Source of the DNA: a virus
Taxonomy: Duplodnaviria; Heunggongvirae; Uroviricota; Caudoviricetes
DNA length: 43,412 bases
Virus record (IMG/VR): IMGVR_UViG_3300048854_000273
Coordinates: 1 to 43,412 of that record
Reading direction: 5' to 3' (one strand)
In this document: positions 42,145-43,412 of the stretch, one piece after another
How positions within the stretch are numbered: the first letter of the stretch is position 1
Layout: each line of letters opens with the position of its first letter
Made by a program: the position numbers and the translations under genes
Notes under the pieces: generated by a model
What the model saw: only the letters and a program-made list of their open reading frames with translations
Told to the model about the DNA's origin: nothing
Databases searched by the model: none

Positions 42145-43412
42145 TTAAACAGAAAGCCCGCCAAGCTCCAGACGACGGACCGGAAATTCCAGGTCGATGC
42201 AGTAGCCTGCGGCGTCGGCCGAGTGTTCGGTGCCGGTGTCCTTGTCCACATCGCGCGAGCCCGGTTTGTAGATCGTCTGCTCCAACGACTTGATGAAGTG
42301 CTTGCAGGACGGGTCGATACGCATACGCACCCCGCCGTCGGCCGAGCGCAGCATCCGGTTCACCGAGTTGACGCGATCGGCCACGAGAGGTGACTTGCGA
42401 CGGAACTTGATGCGCTTGAAGCCCTTCTCGCGGAGAATGTCCAGGTCGGTCTCGCCCCGCGCGTGCTGCCGCTGCCCACCCGCCGGGTCAGGGTAGATCG
42501 TCATCTGCTTCTGGTAGCGCCAGTATTTCTTCTCAAGCGCGTCAGCCGTTTCTTCGGTGTTCGAGCCGAACTGCACGATCTCGTCTACCGCCCACAGCTC
42601 GCCGTTTTCCTGGAGCTGGAAAATCACCGTCGACATTGGGTCGATGTTGAAGTCCATCCCCACCCAGATCGGCAGCTTCGGATTGAAGTCCAACTTCTGA
42701 ACGTGGATCGCGCGGTCGAACGGGTAATAGACGCGCCCGCTCATCGTCTCGAAACTCGCCTCGAACTCCTGCTTGTAGGATTTCGGGTCCATGTCGCGCT
42801 TGGCCGCTTCAAGCTCCGAGCGCGGAATGAACGGCGACGTGAAGGTCGGGAACTGCCAGCTCGCCCAGTCGTTCTCGCGCATGCGGCCGTTCTGGTCGAG
42901 ATACTTCTCGCCGCGCTGGCCCAGCATGTAGACGGTGTGCAGGTAGTTGTAGGCTTTCGGCGTGCCGATGAACATCGCGTGGCCGCCGGTGTCGGCGAGC
43001 GTCGGGCGCAGCACCTTGGTCCAGGTCTCCTCGCTCATGTCCTGGAATTCGTCCAGCACGAGGAAGTGAATACCCACGCCGCGCAGCGAGTCAGCCTTGT
43101 CGGCGCCCTTCAGCTCGATCCGCGTGCCATTGCGTAGCGTGATCGTGAGGGTCGTCTCGTTGATCTTCTTGATCCACTTCTTCGGCAGCGCGTCGAGCAA
43201 GTCGGTCCAGAGAATCTGTTTCGCCATCTTGTAGGTCGGCGCGACATACCAGACTTTGCGTTTCCTGATCTGGGCGAACTTGATGATCAGCACCTTGGAG
43301 AGCTGCGTCTTGCCCCACCGCCTGCCAGCAACCACGACCCGGAACCGGTGCTTGTCCTGAAACACCATCATCTGTTTCGGGTGGAGTGAAAGGGTCGACG
43401 TTTTACGCGCCA
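42145..43412 (-). CDS. terL: Terminase large subunit (start codon truncated by 1 nt at the window edge; reads [M]ARKTSTLSLHPKQ...)
   Basis: Walker A VAGRRWGKT, Walker B LVLDEFQD, coupling motif IGTPK, nuclease GMDFN...DPAG...H..DA. Confidence 0.95.
   Translation of the reverse strand, partial: ARKTSTLSLHPKQMMVFQDKHRFRVVVAGRRWGKTQLSKVLIIKFAQIRKRKVWYVAPTYKMAKQILWTDLLDALPKKWIKKINETTLTITLRNGTRIELKGADKADSLRGVGIHFLVLDEFQDMSEETWTKVLRPTLADTGGHAMFIGTPKAYNYLHTVYMLGQRGEKYLDQNGRMRENDWASWQFPTFTSPFIPRSELEAAKRDMDPKSYKQEFEASFETMSGRVYYPFDRAIHVQKLDFNPKLPIWVGMDFNIDPMSTVIFQLQENGELWAVDEIVQFGSNTEETADALEKKYWRYQKQMTIYPDPAGGQRQHARGETDLDILREKGFKRIKFRRKSPLVADRVNSVNRMLRSADGGVRMRIDPSCKHFIKSLEQTIYKPGSRDVDKDTGTEHSADAAGYCIDLEFPVRRLELGGLSV

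Larger units (their letters stand above)
1..43412 (-). mobile_element. Temperate siphovirus segment (prophage or phage-plasmid), packaging-to-replication modules; resembles SSU5/pHCM2-type phage-plasmids
   Basis: Contiguous co-oriented terminase, portal, scaffold, capsid, tail, lysis and replication genes with many ATGA/TAATG overlaps. The family resemblance is recalled from capsid motifs (LRILAGDVDVDKFL, GIVVENIGTVQNKDA) and was not searched. Confidence 0.93.

Noticed and set aside
1-43412. tRNA, rRNA, integrase or att site
   Set aside because: No cloverleaf or rRNA-like segment and no recombinase motifs were found by eye; intergenic gaps are mostly too short.

Overview
The whole 43.4-kb window is one contiguous segment of a temperate siphophage genome, GC-rich and Burkholderiales-like in style (host is inferred, not shown). 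Every credible gene is on the minus strand. In transcription order (right to left): terminase large subunit (start codon cut by the window edge), portal, scaffold, major capsid, head-tail connectors, tail tube, tail chaperone G/GT with a GGGAAAC -1 frameshift, 1588-aa tape measure, distal tail and tip proteins (M-, L-, K-like and an I-J fusion), 1776-aa tail fibre and its chaperone, a permuted NlpC/P60 protein, lysis cassette (endolysin, holin, i-/o-spanin), HTH-metallophosphoesterase, small secreted peptide, PhoH, an Acb2-like anti-CBASS sponge, an Hfq-like Sm protein, DnaB helicase, primase, WGR-like protein, ATP-dependent ligase and guanylate-kinase-like protein. From memory, the capsid, terminase and gene order resemble SSU5/pHCM2-type phage-plasmids; this needs a BLAST check, and no integrase, rep or par gene is in the window. 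The most striking feature the genes do not explain is an 18-bp palindrome (ATAGTCA-GTTT-TGACTAT). It occurs 14 times, always in the same orientation. It overlaps -10 boxes, start and stop codons and terminators, and once lies in frame inside a gene, which suggests a genome-wide operator/promoter regulon.
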